A DNA stretch of 64,000 bases, taken from a virus. Of the stretch, positions 30,301 to 38,765 are shown piece after piece; position 1 is the stretch's first letter, and the number at the start of each line of letters is the position of its first letter. The position numbers and the translations under genes are program-made. The stretch lies in the IMG/VR virus record IMGVR_UViG_3300017752_000006; one strand, 5' to 3'. The notes under the pieces are model-generated. The model made no database searches. It saw only the letters and a list, made by a program, of their open reading frames with translations, and was not told the origin of the DNA.

Positions 30301-30814
30301 CTTTGTTGATACAAATTATCCCGGTGACCCTGTAAACGCACCAAAGGCTTCTAGTGAAACAGTAAGTTCAAATGGTGGTAGAGTGTTCTTTACAAGTACT
30401 GACCAGGACGGTAACTTTAAAGTTGGTGATTTATTTAGTATTGAACAGTCAACTGGTGTTGCTACATTGAATGCTGAAGCATTTAATATTGCAGGACTAC
30501 AGGAACTATCACTAGGTGAAGTTACACTAGGTGGTAACTCTGCAAGTGTTACTGAATTTAGTACAGATCCGTTCTTCACAGCAAATAGTGATACTGTTGT
30601 ACCGACACAGAGAGCAATTAAAGCATACATTGAAGCACAAATTGGTGGCGGAGGTGCATCTCTTATTGTTAACAGTGTAACTGCAGGTGACATATTCATT
30701 AACGGAACACAAATTACGACAGTCAGTGGCGCGACGATAAATATAAAAGCAAACGTACAGTTCCAAGGCGCAGTACTTGGTACACCGTTAGCATACAATT
30801 ACTTTTTAAGATAA
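24584..30814 (+). CDS. Giant fibre paralog, C-terminal part (helical KCxRD repeats, beta-helix, Asp-box propeller)
   Basis: GGAGGAGG SD, TAATG overlap; IMGDELR, SPYVQNCT, Asp boxes and GHDFLDIGTG domain collinear with C-terminal part of 16534. Confidence 0.8.
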   Translation: MATIFETITELSGIVTDAITAGVATNIPARHIRTTLVRISTGSYKEVLPIIVPAECCIMGDELRATNVQPRTIYNSANTLTSIDDFQYTYEGIKHMESIVGDIVTGATVTAESGNTKTQDQSWPYAETAIVAPAVKKLARSIRRKIDYGLGIKNESALTPYYDMTDPADGKLRDLNLLNKEFIQAEIVGFIADGYPNLKYSRTKCKQDVGFILDALAYDLTYGGNWQTVKAGEAYWEATNLQINSSEKTATLAAYGYLRDLVQTVGRNITVTPVYQSDKTQKAGVAGDTGASNRARDLVINIIDIITNGSGTVATTYPSLTGTSATVASDFAIARDNLEVIQDKTIDFINENFGSFKYRSSKCRRDLELIIGDISYDVALGTNYNAVFAGQAYQRPINAYNLTSQRIETVGALRKARDDLKISVTTDGSSASGSSNSSTRIQNAFNEIVDIINNGSSNADTLTFPSPTGVDQNRVDAKDNLIANKEFIKDEIIAWIANQITVNSGNPGSIWYQFQYDPVKCERDVGFIIDAMCYDVLYGGTQATTRIAQSYFTETTAYPAGQSAQTAAAYDRLATVMFYVVQEDTGSWTKTTTEVQTTPGTPATATEGALIRDTQMQIIEDVITAGNLNSLPAIVKPSITWADAEYQTAFSNIASDTTDVIRSVTQYITDTYNDFKYNHAKCSRDLGIILEAAKYDVLLGTNFASINAGLSYLRAPSTKVLGAQKTATLAANEFARAQINSYMSVSAAQTGINDTWEWVQDIIWGGSPEGGVKANEDIEVWNAIRQLELNKEFIVEEVLNHVDNKFKDRVTAININTDELSISDTSWLSTGMEIKFFDDETAGDSTDAVVNANLLETLTYYVKDITSATTFTISETQYGTATDFTEYGEGFVVSKAYAYDRTLCARDVREYVNGMKWDLQWPQEWDRNYNLTDVSLDANGTTSSTTVNTKLYLSAFYKSSLAARYYVNSVIGSQEEDFYYLRNGTGLRLQTLDGLRGDLGPANAYGTSRPTAGAYASLDPGWGPDDTRVWISARSPYVQNCTTFGFAAIGQKIDGALHNGGNDSIVSNDFTQVISDGIGAWITNNGRAELVSVFTYYSHIGYLAEAGGRIRGTNGNNSYGTFGSVAEGVDPDETPVTAIVDNNKQYNAVVSNVFTDGANELLQVEYSHAGNDYTEANLNIFGAGDSEELVQEDFRDEAVNQVRIIEVDDSTGNPDATAGGSGYLVATNTAQTGTTNSITLAATDGNLSTAYPGMKLYITGGAGVGQFGVIDTYNSGTKLAGIVKETDGTAGWDHVVPGTTIVAANSSSTYLIEPRAQFTAPTQSNTVVTGNPSVTNAVVEFIETSDEYTGVSITTQSDGTGATFDVTRNGEKYYLATNAAGTGYTRLDTLTIVGTNVGGTTPAHDITVTITAVDADTGAITAFDFSGRGRRGNLALFDGTGTAGHYSTDMGANWSTITLPTNANNGWDQIASGRIDDGTTTFTQSKAVGVGIAGTALIAIISDDGDSWTASSPGSIQATNLTGVAFGQTDTAISRFVVIGDNDRDVAYSDNGGTSWTVTTNALPSTGYTAIQYGLGLFVAVKAGSQEMAYSADGITWTTVATGMPSTDDWTSLAFGNGRFVAITSDTTGVAYSIDGQNWTAVAGALVGTVGRKIKYGQGMFVVTTDDANQLSISEDGVYWPSGGYTLTGAALPAGGTSGVTFGNNDRDPNFIVFPSAATTVHVKAKLGATTKGRVGVANQQVFEVRITNPGSGYGSTPPTVTITDPNNINDVLTTVRLNSGVLAQPTFIARGSGFITATAEIDATTSNGFADFLQDGQFIAVRRLSATPVNGSNIVFDDLPGQVFKLVNTVSLVGLIDGDKTAFLQLSPNMEIEDAVSDENPVTMRIRFSQTRLTGHDFLDIGTGNFVDTNYPGDPVNAPKASSETVSSNGGRVFFTSTDQDGNFKVGDLFSIEQSTGVATLNAEAFNIAGLQELSLGEVTLGGNSASVTEFSTDPFFTANSDTVVPTQRAIKAYIEAQIGGGGASLIVNSVTAGDIFINGTQITTVSGATINIKANVQFQGAVLGTPLAYNYFLR

Positions 30815-30832
30815 CATTGGAGGATAAACATA

Positions 30833-31153
30833 ATGGCAAACGGAATTTTAGGTACTTCGGAAGTTCCAGCAACAACTGATACAACTGTGTATACTGTACC
30901 AGCAGATACATTTTCAGTAGTTACACTTAACGTAGTAAATAGATCATCAGCACCAAGACTTGTTAGAGTAGCTCTTTCAGCTGCCGCAACACCGGCTGTT
31001 GCTGAATATATTGAATATGACGTTGAAATTTTAGCTAATGGTGTTCTTGAACGCACAGGATTAGTCTTAGATGCAACAAAAAATATTGTTGTATATGCAG
31101 ATAGTTTAGGTTGTTCAGCAGTAGCATTTGGCTTAGAAACTGCAACAGCATAA
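30833..31153 (+). CDS. Small fibre-associated protein (paralog of 7046/15766)
   Basis: GGAGG SD; TVYTVPADTFSVVTLNVVN pattern. Confidence 0.75.
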   Translation: MANGILGTSEVPATTDTTVYTVPADTFSVVTLNVVNRSSAPRLVRVALSAAATPAVAEYIEYDVEILANGVLERTGLVLDATKNIVVYADSLGCSAVAFGLETATA

Positions 31154-31157
31154 ACAA

Positions 31158-31165
31158 TATAAATA
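31158..31165 (+). promoter_or_regulatory. Late promoter, perfect TATAAATA
   Basis: Exact consensus before AGGAG SD. Confidence 0.8.
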
Positions 31166-31183
31166 TATTTAGGAGAGTATTAA

Positions 31184-31525
31184 ATGGCAAGAATAGTAGC
31201 AAAAGGAGTTCAACCAACACCGACATTTGTAAAAATGCCGAACGTGGAAGTGAACGCTGCACACAATGCAGATTCTAATAAAGCATACTGGATAGATACA
31301 TCAGCTGCACCAATAACTTTAACTTTACCTGCAAGTCCTTCAATGGGTGATATATTGAGAATTTTTGATGTTCAAAATACTTTCGATACTAATAATTTAA
31401 CTATAGACAGAAACGGTAAACCTATTATGGGTGCTAACGATAATCTAACAGTGAATACAGAAGGTAGTGCATTTGAAATTATTTTTTATAATGACACACA
31501 AGGATGGAGATTGTTTACAATCTAA
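31184..31525 (+). CDS. Small tail-fibre-related protein (T4 gp34 N-terminal repeat-like module)
   Basis: IDTSAAPITLTLPASPSMGD...FDTNNLTIDRNG motif seen in proximal fibre repeats. Confidence 0.6.
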   Translation: MARIVAKGVQPTPTFVKMPNVEVNAAHNADSNKAYWIDTSAAPITLTLPASPSMGDILRIFDVQNTFDTNNLTIDRNGKPIMGANDNLTVNTEGSAFEIIFYNDTQGWRLFTI

Positions 31526-31540
31526 GGTAAAGGTGAGACA

Positions 31541-32491
31541 ATGGCAACGTATAGCAGTTTTAAGAGAATAGATAGGCAAGCAATTGTCGACGGACAAGTA
31601 CAAGGGACAGATATTGCTCCCGGAGCTGTTGGTTCCAATGAGATTGCAACAGATGCTGTTACATCTCTTAAGATTGCAAACCAAGCGGTTACATCTGATA
31701 AACTTGGATCAACACTAGATCTATCAACAAAAAATATTACATATAGATCTATAGTAAATAATGATATTTCTGGTAGTGCGAATATAGCTGAAAGCAAAAT
31801 GGCAACAGGCGCTGCTGAGGTAAACCTAGGATATACACCTTTATCTACAACTGGTAATAATGCAATGAGCGGTAGACTAGCTGTATCTAACGGTAGTGCT
31901 AGTAGTCCAAGTATTAGAGGAAATGACTCAGATACAGGTATCTATTTTGCAGACAATCAAGTTAGGTTTTCTGTAAACGGAAGTGATGCAATGACTATTG
32001 ACAGCTCGGGTAGAACTACGTTTCCACGTAAGCCTATGTTTGCTGCCGCAGGACAACCGGGTTGGTTATATACAAATAGTTTTGGAGGCGGTGTTGGTGA
32101 AAAAGAACTTAATAGTACTATGAACTGGAACTTAGCTCACCAGTACGGTGGAAGTAATTTCAACACTAGCAATGGACGTTTTACAGCACCTGTGAGTGGA
32201 TGGTATCATTTTAGTACTATGTATTATTTGTATAATAATAACAATAGTACAAGTAGTTATATACATTCATTTTTCCGTAAAAACGGAGCTGTAAACACAA
32301 CACCTAGTGGCAGAATTCCTTATAATATTAACATGCACGGAAACACAAACAGTCACGATGACGGTGCTTGCTATAATAGTATACAATATTTGAACAGTGG
32401 TCAGTATGTAAGTTTAGCTGTCAGATGGCATCAAAACAATTCAAGAATACATGCTGGACACCAAATTTTTAGCGGACAATTGATAGGATAG
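31541..32491 (+). CDS. Tail fibre/receptor-binding protein with C-terminal C1q-like domain (paralog 1)
   Basis: FNTSNGRFTAPVSGWYHF C1q signature. Confidence 0.75.
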   Translation: MATYSSFKRIDRQAIVDGQVQGTDIAPGAVGSNEIATDAVTSLKIANQAVTSDKLGSTLDLSTKNITYRSIVNNDISGSANIAESKMATGAAEVNLGYTPLSTTGNNAMSGRLAVSNGSASSPSIRGNDSDTGIYFADNQVRFSVNGSDAMTIDSSGRTTFPRKPMFAAAGQPGWLYTNSFGGGVGEKELNSTMNWNLAHQYGGSNFNTSNGRFTAPVSGWYHFSTMYYLYNNNNSTSSYIHSFFRKNGAVNTTPSGRIPYNINMHGNTNSHDDGACYNSIQYLNSGQYVSLAVRWHQNNSRIHAGHQIFSGQLIG

Positions 32492-32494
32492 ATA

Positions 32495-33421
32495 ATGGCA
32501 GATTATAATAGTTTTAAAAAGATTAATTCAGAAGCTATAGTTGATGATTCTATTGCCGCAAGTGATATCGGCACTGGCCAGGTTACAACTGCTAAAATTG
32601 CACCCGGTGCAGTTTCAACAGATAAGTTTGGAAGCGGCGCAGTATCAGGGGATAAATTAGCTAGTACATTAGATATTTCTGGTAAAACGGTTACATATAG
32701 ACCTATTGTAGACGGTGACATTGCAGCTGATGCAATTGCAGGAACACAGATGCAAACTGGTGCTGTTATAGACTCATTAGGATATACTCCTGTAAACACT
32801 GCCGGCGACACAATGACTGGCCAAATACAAGTTGCAAACGGTACTATTCTTGGCAGTAGTGGTGCTTCTAATAGCGGCATAAGAATAGATGCACAAACAA
32901 TTAATATAAGAGAAAACGGCACTGATCGTATGTCTATTAACAGTAATGGACATCCTACACAAAGCAACCATCCAGCTTGGGAAGCAAGTGGTCGAGGAGG
33001 TTGGCGATATGGTAACAGCTACGATGGAGCTCGCGCCTGGCGTGAACTTGACAACATGGGTTGGAACTTTAACACAAGCGGCGGCATTACAACATCTAAT
33101 AACTGTAGAGTAACGGTTCCTATTGCAGGATACTATTATGCTTATTTGTCAACATATTGGTACAATGACTCAAACTCAACAAACGGATACACTCACTTTA
33201 AAATTGGTCTAAATGGTGGCAACGGAGAATTAAGTGGAGGTAGAACTAACCACCAAATGTATGCATACGGATTAAGAAACAACTATGCTCCGGGTATTAT
33301 GACGTCTTATGTACGTTATTTGAATGCAGGACAATATCTAACTCCATTACCATATTTTGGAGGTAACCAAGGCAGGCATCACGGTAATCACAGTTATTGG
33401 TGTGGATATTTGATAGGATAA
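32495..33421 (+). CDS. C1q-like fibre protein (paralog 2)
   Basis: Shared MADYNSFKKI N-terminus; RVTVPIAGYYYAY; YLNAGQY. Confidence 0.75.
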   Translation: MADYNSFKKINSEAIVDDSIAASDIGTGQVTTAKIAPGAVSTDKFGSGAVSGDKLASTLDISGKTVTYRPIVDGDIAADAIAGTQMQTGAVIDSLGYTPVNTAGDTMTGQIQVANGTILGSSGASNSGIRIDAQTINIRENGTDRMSINSNGHPTQSNHPAWEASGRGGWRYGNSYDGARAWRELDNMGWNFNTSGGITTSNNCRVTVPIAGYYYAYLSTYWYNDSNSTNGYTHFKIGLNGGNGELSGGRTNHQMYAYGLRNNYAPGIMTSYVRYLNAGQYLTPLPYFGGNQGRHHGNHSYWCGYLIG

Positions 33422-33424
33422 GCA

Positions 33425-34369
33425 ATGGCAAATTATAATAGTTTTAAAAGAATTAACTCAGAAGCAATTGTAGACGGAGAAGTTGTTACTTCAGAAATTG
33501 GAGGAACAACAGTTGGTACAACTGAATTTGCAGATGGAGCTGTGACAGAAACTAAAATCTTAGACGGTTCAGTAGCTGATACGCAGTTAGATACTAATTT
33601 TGATATTTCTGGCAAAACTGTTACATACAGGGCAATTGCAAATGGTGATATTAGTAGTAGTGCAGGCATCTCCGGCGGCAAATTTGCAGGTGGAGCAATA
33701 GCTGGAAATTTAGGTGGAGCACCACTTAATAAGGCCGGCGGAACAATGACTGGCGCATTAAAAACTACAACCGGTAGTACTGGAGCACCTGCTGTTTATA
33801 GATCAGGTGACGCTGATACAGGTATTAGTTTTAGTGGAAATAGTACAACTATTTCAGCAGGCGGCCAAGCAGGAATTGTTATGAACACCAATGATACTCT
33901 AACAAAACCTAACAGTGTTGCATTTCATTCTCCTGGAACCAGTGGCTGGCGGTATGCTAACAGCTACGGCGGTACAGGATGGAGAAGTATGAACGGCAAC
34001 TTTGGATGGACCGGTCAACAAAGAGGCGGAAGTAATTTTAATTACGGTAATGGTAGATTTACTGCACCAATTGCAGGATTTTATCAGTTTCAGTTTGAAA
34101 CATATGCAAGAAATGATCGTAACAACAACCAAGGTTACTATCATATGAGTTTTGGTGTTAACGGCGGCAACGGTATGGTCGGAGGTCGTGCTCCGCACGG
34201 AATATATGGCCATTCAAATGCACAGAGATACTATCCAAACGGCACACATGTTGATTTAGGAACATATCTAAATGCTGGACAGTATGTAGAAGTGCGTGTG
34301 TTCTGGCACAACAATCAAACCCGCTTTCACAGTGCTCACAGTGTGTTCAACGGATACATGATTAGCTAA
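33425..34369 (+). CDS. C1q-like fibre protein (paralog 3)
   Basis: MANYNSFKRI; FNYGNGRFTAPIAGFYQF; YLNAGQYV. Confidence 0.75.
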   Translation: MANYNSFKRINSEAIVDGEVVTSEIGGTTVGTTEFADGAVTETKILDGSVADTQLDTNFDISGKTVTYRAIANGDISSSAGISGGKFAGGAIAGNLGGAPLNKAGGTMTGALKTTTGSTGAPAVYRSGDADTGISFSGNSTTISAGGQAGIVMNTNDTLTKPNSVAFHSPGTSGWRYANSYGGTGWRSMNGNFGWTGQQRGGSNFNYGNGRFTAPIAGFYQFQFETYARNDRNNNQGYYHMSFGVNGGNGMVGGRAPHGIYGHSNAQRYYPNGTHVDLGTYLNAGQYVEVRVFWHNNQTRFHSAHSVFNGYMIS

Positions 34370-34372
34370 ATA
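34367..34372 (+). promoter_or_regulatory. Late promoter core
   Basis: TAAATA overlapping the stop codon, GAGGA SD downstream. Confidence 0.55.
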
Positions 34373-34392
34373 ACTATGAGGATAAACTTAAA

Positions 34393-34635
34393 ATGAGAAA
34401 TATAGTATTTGATATTACAGACAACGAACAAAAAGTGTTAAACCGCTATTGTATGGATCCACAAGATTGGATCGAAAATGCAGTGAACCATCTCGTTGAA
34501 CAAGCAAAACAAGAAATTTATGATGTAGAAGTTGAAAGAATTCTTGCAGATCCTGATGTAGGCACACTTGTAACTGATAGAAATGAAATAGTTGCAATGT
34601 ATAGTGGACCGCTTAGAGGTAACCCAAATGGTTAA
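34393..34635 (+). CDS. Small hypothetical protein, possible fibre assembly factor
   Basis: ITDNEQKVL...DPQDWIENAV pattern; paralog of 34648. Confidence 0.65.
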   Translation: MRNIVFDITDNEQKVLNRYCMDPQDWIENAVNHLVEQAKQEIYDVEVERILADPDVGTLVTDRNEIVAMYSGPLRGNPNG

Positions 34636-34647
34636 AGGAGAGTTATA

Positions 34648-34977
34648 ATGGCCGTACAATACACAGTTCAAATAAGTGACGCTGATTACAAAGCTCTATG
34701 CTATGTAGCAGATAACCCTAATACATATATCGATGAGCATGTGACAGAATATATAAGGCAAATGAAAGAAGATTTAGTTAAAGAAATTATTAAAAGTGAA
34801 TTAGCTAGACCAGGTATGAGATCCATACCTGCCGATAAGGAAGAATTACTCCGCACAGCAACAGTGAAAACACAAGTACAAATAAATCAGGAAGATACAC
34901 AACGTATGGAAGCAATGGTTCTGAATCCTGATGCACACGATTCAGATATCGGACAGACTGTCGTATTACCGGATTAG
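34648..34977 (+). CDS. Small hypothetical protein, possible fibre assembly factor
   Basis: AAGGAG SD; ISDADYKAL.YVADNP..YI pattern. Confidence 0.65.
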   Translation: MAVQYTVQISDADYKALCYVADNPNTYIDEHVTEYIRQMKEDLVKEIIKSELARPGMRSIPADKEELLRTATVKTQVQINQEDTQRMEAMVLNPDAHDSDIGQTVVLPD

Positions 34978-34998
34978 TAAAAAAATTTTTATAATATT

Positions 34999-35026
34999 AA
35001 AAAAGCCGCTTTAAGCGGCTTTTTTT
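34999..35026. terminator. Bidirectional intrinsic terminator
   Basis: AAAAAAGCCGCT-TTA-AGCGGCTTTTTTT between convergent genes. Confidence 0.9.
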
Positions 35027-36749
35027 ATTCTTGTGTATCAGTTGTTTCTTCTACAACTTCATTTTCAACATCTTCTATAACTTCATCTTCAACATCTTCT
35101 ACAACTTCATCTCCAGTATCGACAACATCTTCAACTTCGTAAAAGTTTTTCCTTAGATATTCATAATGACTATCTGCATCATTTGCAAGTGTTTGTATAT
35201 AATCTTTCTTTTGATCCCAATAATCCTGCAATTGTTTAGTATATATTTCTGGAGTTTGTCCTTGTCTTGCCAAAATTAGATCTTCTAAGATTTTTAATTG
35301 AGTAGGGTTTGAAGGTATACAATTATTGCCAACAAATATGTCAGGGATACCTCCCATTGATAAGTCACCTTGCATAGAATGAGACTGTAATAGTGAGTTA
35401 GCCATTACCGCAGGTAAACTTTCTATACTATTATTAAACTTAGGATCGTCTAGTCTAGGATCCATTCTAATATATTCAGTTGCTTGACGCCAATATTCTG
35501 TATCCCTTCTGCTTGATAATGTAAAGTGATAAGCAACAAAGAACTTAAAACCAGTCATAATCTGTTTTACAACATAGTTAAAGTGATCCATATGCGTACG
35601 ATTTACTTGTTCGTAGTGTAATGTTTCGCATAGTCTAAGTAATATTTCTTGTACGCTTAATAATCCTGTAGATTCTAATGGTTCAATAAAGCCGTAACTT
35701 AGTCCAACACCAACAACATTTTGCGACCAACATTTATGCATTACCCCATTACGTATATCAATATGACTAAATTCTTCAATTTCTTCACTGCGCTCAGGTT
35801 TATGAAGTTTCATTCTATCGCTGTTAAGATATTCTTTAAATTCTTCTTCAGCTTGTTCTTTAGTACACAATTTAGGATCGTATACATATCCTGCTCCTAT
35901 TCTATTGTAAAGAGGAATATTCCAAATCCATCCATTGTCCCATGCAGTACAGTTAGTAACATTTTCCATTTCTAATTCTTTGTCTGTATACGGAACATGA
36001 CACGTGATTGCACGTTTGTTAGGTAACCAGTCACTGAAATCTTCAAAGTAAGTTTCCATAGTTTCACCAAGCAACATTGACTTAAAACCAGTACAGTCAA
36101 TAAATAGATCTGCTTCTAGCTGGTCACCATCGTCTAATTGTATGTATGAAATATAACCTTCTACATCCTTTTCGATTTTTTTAATTTCTTTCTTAACGTG
36201 TATCACTCCATTAGGCAATGCAATTCTATCACGTAACATATGTCCAAATTGTATAGCATCAACATGATACGCTACATCTGATTTCCAACTAAAATTAGGT
36301 AATTGTCCGTCCTTGTTGTCATATATTTTGTTATCATATATAAACGGCATACAACTATAAAATGACTCATAAAAATCGTTTTTAGGTGTATCTGGGTTCA
36401 ATGATTTTTTTACATACCAATCTGTAGCACCCGCTTGTGTGTTTTGCATATCTTTTACGCCAAACGGATAATAGTATGCTTCACCTTTTTTATAAAAGTC
36501 AGTAAACTTAATACCTAATTTATAAGTAGCCTGACAATCTTTCATCCAGTCTTCGTCTTTTAAACCTAAAAGGTCTAAAAAGCTATTAATAGTTCCTAGA
36601 GTTGATTCTCCTACACCTATTACAGGAATATTTGGAGATTCAACTAATGCAATTTGTTTATCAGGAAATTGCTTTGATAGTACTGCTGCCGTCATCCAAC
36701 CCGAGCTTCCACCGCCGCAGATTATGATCTTATTTATAGGTCCTCTCAT
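35025..36749 (-). CDS. Flavin-dependent halogenase (tryptophan halogenase/PrnA family)
   Basis: GGGSSG FAD motif, GVGEST, ATYKLGIKF (catalytic Lys), FIDCTGF, WIWNIP, FIEPLESTG; acidic C-terminal tail. Confidence 0.9.
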   Translation of the reverse strand: MRGPINKIIICGGGSSGWMTAAVLSKQFPDKQIALVESPNIPVIGVGESTLGTINSFLDLLGLKDEDWMKDCQATYKLGIKFTDFYKKGEAYYYPFGVKDMQNTQAGATDWYVKKSLNPDTPKNDFYESFYSCMPFIYDNKIYDNKDGQLPNFSWKSDVAYHVDAIQFGHMLRDRIALPNGVIHVKKEIKKIEKDVEGYISYIQLDDGDQLEADLFIDCTGFKSMLLGETMETYFEDFSDWLPNKRAITCHVPYTDKELEMENVTNCTAWDNGWIWNIPLYNRIGAGYVYDPKLCTKEQAEEEFKEYLNSDRMKLHKPERSEEIEEFSHIDIRNGVMHKCWSQNVVGVGLSYGFIEPLESTGLLSVQEILLRLCETLHYEQVNRTHMDHFNYVVKQIMTGFKFFVAYHFTLSSRRDTEYWRQATEYIRMDPRLDDPKFNNSIESLPAVMANSLLQSHSMQGDLSMGGIPDIFVGNNCIPSNPTQLKILEDLILARQGQTPEIYTKQLQDYWDQKKDYIQTLANDADSHYEYLRKNFYEVEDVVDTGDEVVEDVEDEVIEDVENEVVEETTDTQE

Positions 36750-37366
36750 TGTTTAATTATTCCTTCTTTCTTTTCGTTAATTGTTAGCCAGTTAAATGCG
36801 ATAGTAATTCTATCGTCGTCTGTAGTATTTACACCAACTCGGTGATCCAACCATCCAGGAAAGAGTATAATCATTCCTTCATGCGGAGGATAATAAATCT
36901 TTTCAAATGCTTGTTTGCCTGCCGGAAATAATCCTTTTTGTGTAAATTGAACAGGATTACGTATCATTAGATCTCCGTCTTTGTTGTTGGTTTTGTGGTA
37001 ATACACACCACTAATAAAACTATCTGTATGAGAGTGCCATTCTTGACTTTCTCCTTTAGAAGTTATGTTAAACCAACTATGACTCATAAAAATTGTATTA
37101 TTTATAAAAGGTTTTAATTGGTCTACATATGCATATGTGTGCTTTGTTATGTAGTTTTCTAAATTTTTTAAACCATAGTCGTTTATAGTATTCCATCTGT
37201 GTGAAATAGTAGTTTGTACAGGATCTTCCCATCCTTTAGGAGTCTCCCAAGAATCTTTTTCTTTAATTTCGGGCAACTTTTGTTTAATTTCGTTTTGAAT
37301 TAAAAAAGTTTCGTCAAACGATCCTTTATGTACATACACAGGAGTAGGAAAAGTCCATTCAATCAT
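36746..37366 (-). CDS. 2OG-Fe(II) oxygenase (TIGR02466-like)
   Basis: WFN...WHSH..SFISGVYY; LFPGWLDHRV; DRITIAFN. Confidence 0.85.
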   Translation of the reverse strand: MIEWTFPTPVYVHKGSFDETFLIQNEIKQKLPEIKEKDSWETPKGWEDPVQTTISHRWNTINDYGLKNLENYITKHTYAYVDQLKPFINNTIFMSHSWFNITSKGESQEWHSHTDSFISGVYYHKTNNKDGDLMIRNPVQFTQKGLFPAGKQAFEKIYYPPHEGMIILFPGWLDHRVGVNTTDDDRITIAFNWLTINEKKEGIIKQ

Positions 37367-38055
37367 TTCTTATTCCTTGCTTTGAATTTTTTTGTCTTGT
37401 AATAATTACTAGAGAAAGAAAAATGGTATCCATCTTTGCTAACAAATTCTTCTGCACTTACAACATGCATTTTGATTTTTAAATTCTTATCTGATAATGG
37501 AATACATTGCACCAATGGATCACCTGCATTAATCGTAAAGCTGTTAGGATACAATTTTTTAGAAACAACCATATTTACATTTGTAGTAGATTGGTGTAGA
37601 TACTCTACCATTCCGTTGGGCACAAAATAATTACTCTGATGATGATTCCAAAATGAATTTGTAAATAAGAATTTAACCCCTGTTTTTTCTTTAATTCTCC
37701 AAGGACTAACTAATTTTATATGTGCATATCCATCTAATCCTGTACCCCATTGAATAGGATTATGTTGATCTGCGGCATCGTCTGGATAGGTTGAAGGTAT
37801 ACCGCTGTTAACCTGTATTTGGAAATCTCTCCAGGCTGGTATAACAAACCCTGATTTAAAATAGTCTACTACTCCCGGACATGTTTTCATTGTCCCTCGA
37901 TCAACGCCTTGAAATGGTACAGTAGTATCTAATTTTTTCCACCAATTAGGAATCATATTTTTTGATTCGACTATAGGAAACAAATCTGGTAAATCAGGTA
38001 TAACTGTAAAACAGTCTAGTACTATTGTAGAAGGTTTATTAAAAATACTGAACAT
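37363..38055 (-). CDS. Unknown-function protein, paralog family (possible dUTPase-like fold)
   Basis: MKTCPGVVDYFKSGFVIP ... AGDPLVQCIP shared with next two ORFs. Confidence 0.6.
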   Translation of the reverse strand: MFSIFNKPSTIVLDCFTVIPDLPDLFPIVESKNMIPNWWKKLDTTVPFQGVDRGTMKTCPGVVDYFKSGFVIPAWRDFQIQVNSGIPSTYPDDAADQHNPIQWGTGLDGYAHIKLVSPWRIKEKTGVKFLFTNSFWNHHQSNYFVPNGMVEYLHQSTTNVNMVVSKKLYPNSFTINAGDPLVQCIPLSDKNLKIKMHVVSAEEFVSKDGYHFSFSSNYYKTKKFKARNKK

Positions 38056-38063
38056 GCGTATAC

Positions 38064-38765
38064 TTACCTGAATTTTTTCTTGCTATGAAACAACCTGGAA
38101 TAAGTTCCGTGCCACAAGTTTTTAGTCCAATACCTAAACTTATTTGCGTTAGTATAATCATCAAAACTAATGTCCATCTGCCAATCATCTCTCTTAAATG
38201 GATATACCACCATAAGAGGTTCTCCTGGTTTTATAGTAAATTGTTTTTTAAGTCCTACTCCTACAAAGTTAACAGCATCGTCGTGTTTATCTGTATCTAC
38301 TATAGCAGGAAGCATTTTATAATTTTTATTTAATGTAAAAAATGGTTGATAAAAATGACAACTATAACCTGGAGGAGTAATAACCTTCCAAGAATTACTA
38401 AGTTTAAAGTAATGACTTTTAGCTTCGTCCATAACAACAGGTGCTTGTTGAAAAGGGTGTCCTGCTACATATTCTGAAGCTGGACAAACATTATGTGCGC
38501 GAAGTATACCGTCTCTGTCTTCCTGGAACCGTATATCAGTATCATACGAATTTAATATCACATAACCGCTTGTCAAGTAATCAAGTACAGGTACACATTT
38601 TTTCATTGTAGGAACATCTTTTTGCTGTACGTCTCCGTCATCGTGATCGAAATTTAACGGAATATCCTTATACCATTTTGGAATAATTTTAGTAACAGGC
38701 ACTGGCGGATAATGTATCTGAGCTGATTTATCATATGTTACAAATTTAATAAGTTTTTCGGACAT
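38064..38765 (-). CDS. Unknown-function protein, paralog family
   Basis: MKKCVPVLDYLTSGYVI, TPPGYSC, IVDTD, PGEPL...PFKRDDW. Confidence 0.65.
   Translation of the reverse strand: MSEKLIKFVTYDKSAQIHYPPVPVTKIIPKWYKDIPLNFDHDDGDVQQKDVPTMKKCVPVLDYLTSGYVILNSYDTDIRFQEDRDGILRAHNVCPASEYVAGHPFQQAPVVMDEAKSHYFKLSNSWKVITPPGYSCHFYQPFFTLNKNYKMLPAIVDTDKHDDAVNFVGVGLKKQFTIKPGEPLMVVYPFKRDDWQMDISFDDYTNANKFRYWTKNLWHGTYSRLFHSKKKFR

Noticed and set aside
31541-34369. Diversity-generating retroelement acting on the C1q genes
   Set aside because: No reverse transcriptase in the window and no template/variable repeat pair differing only at adenines
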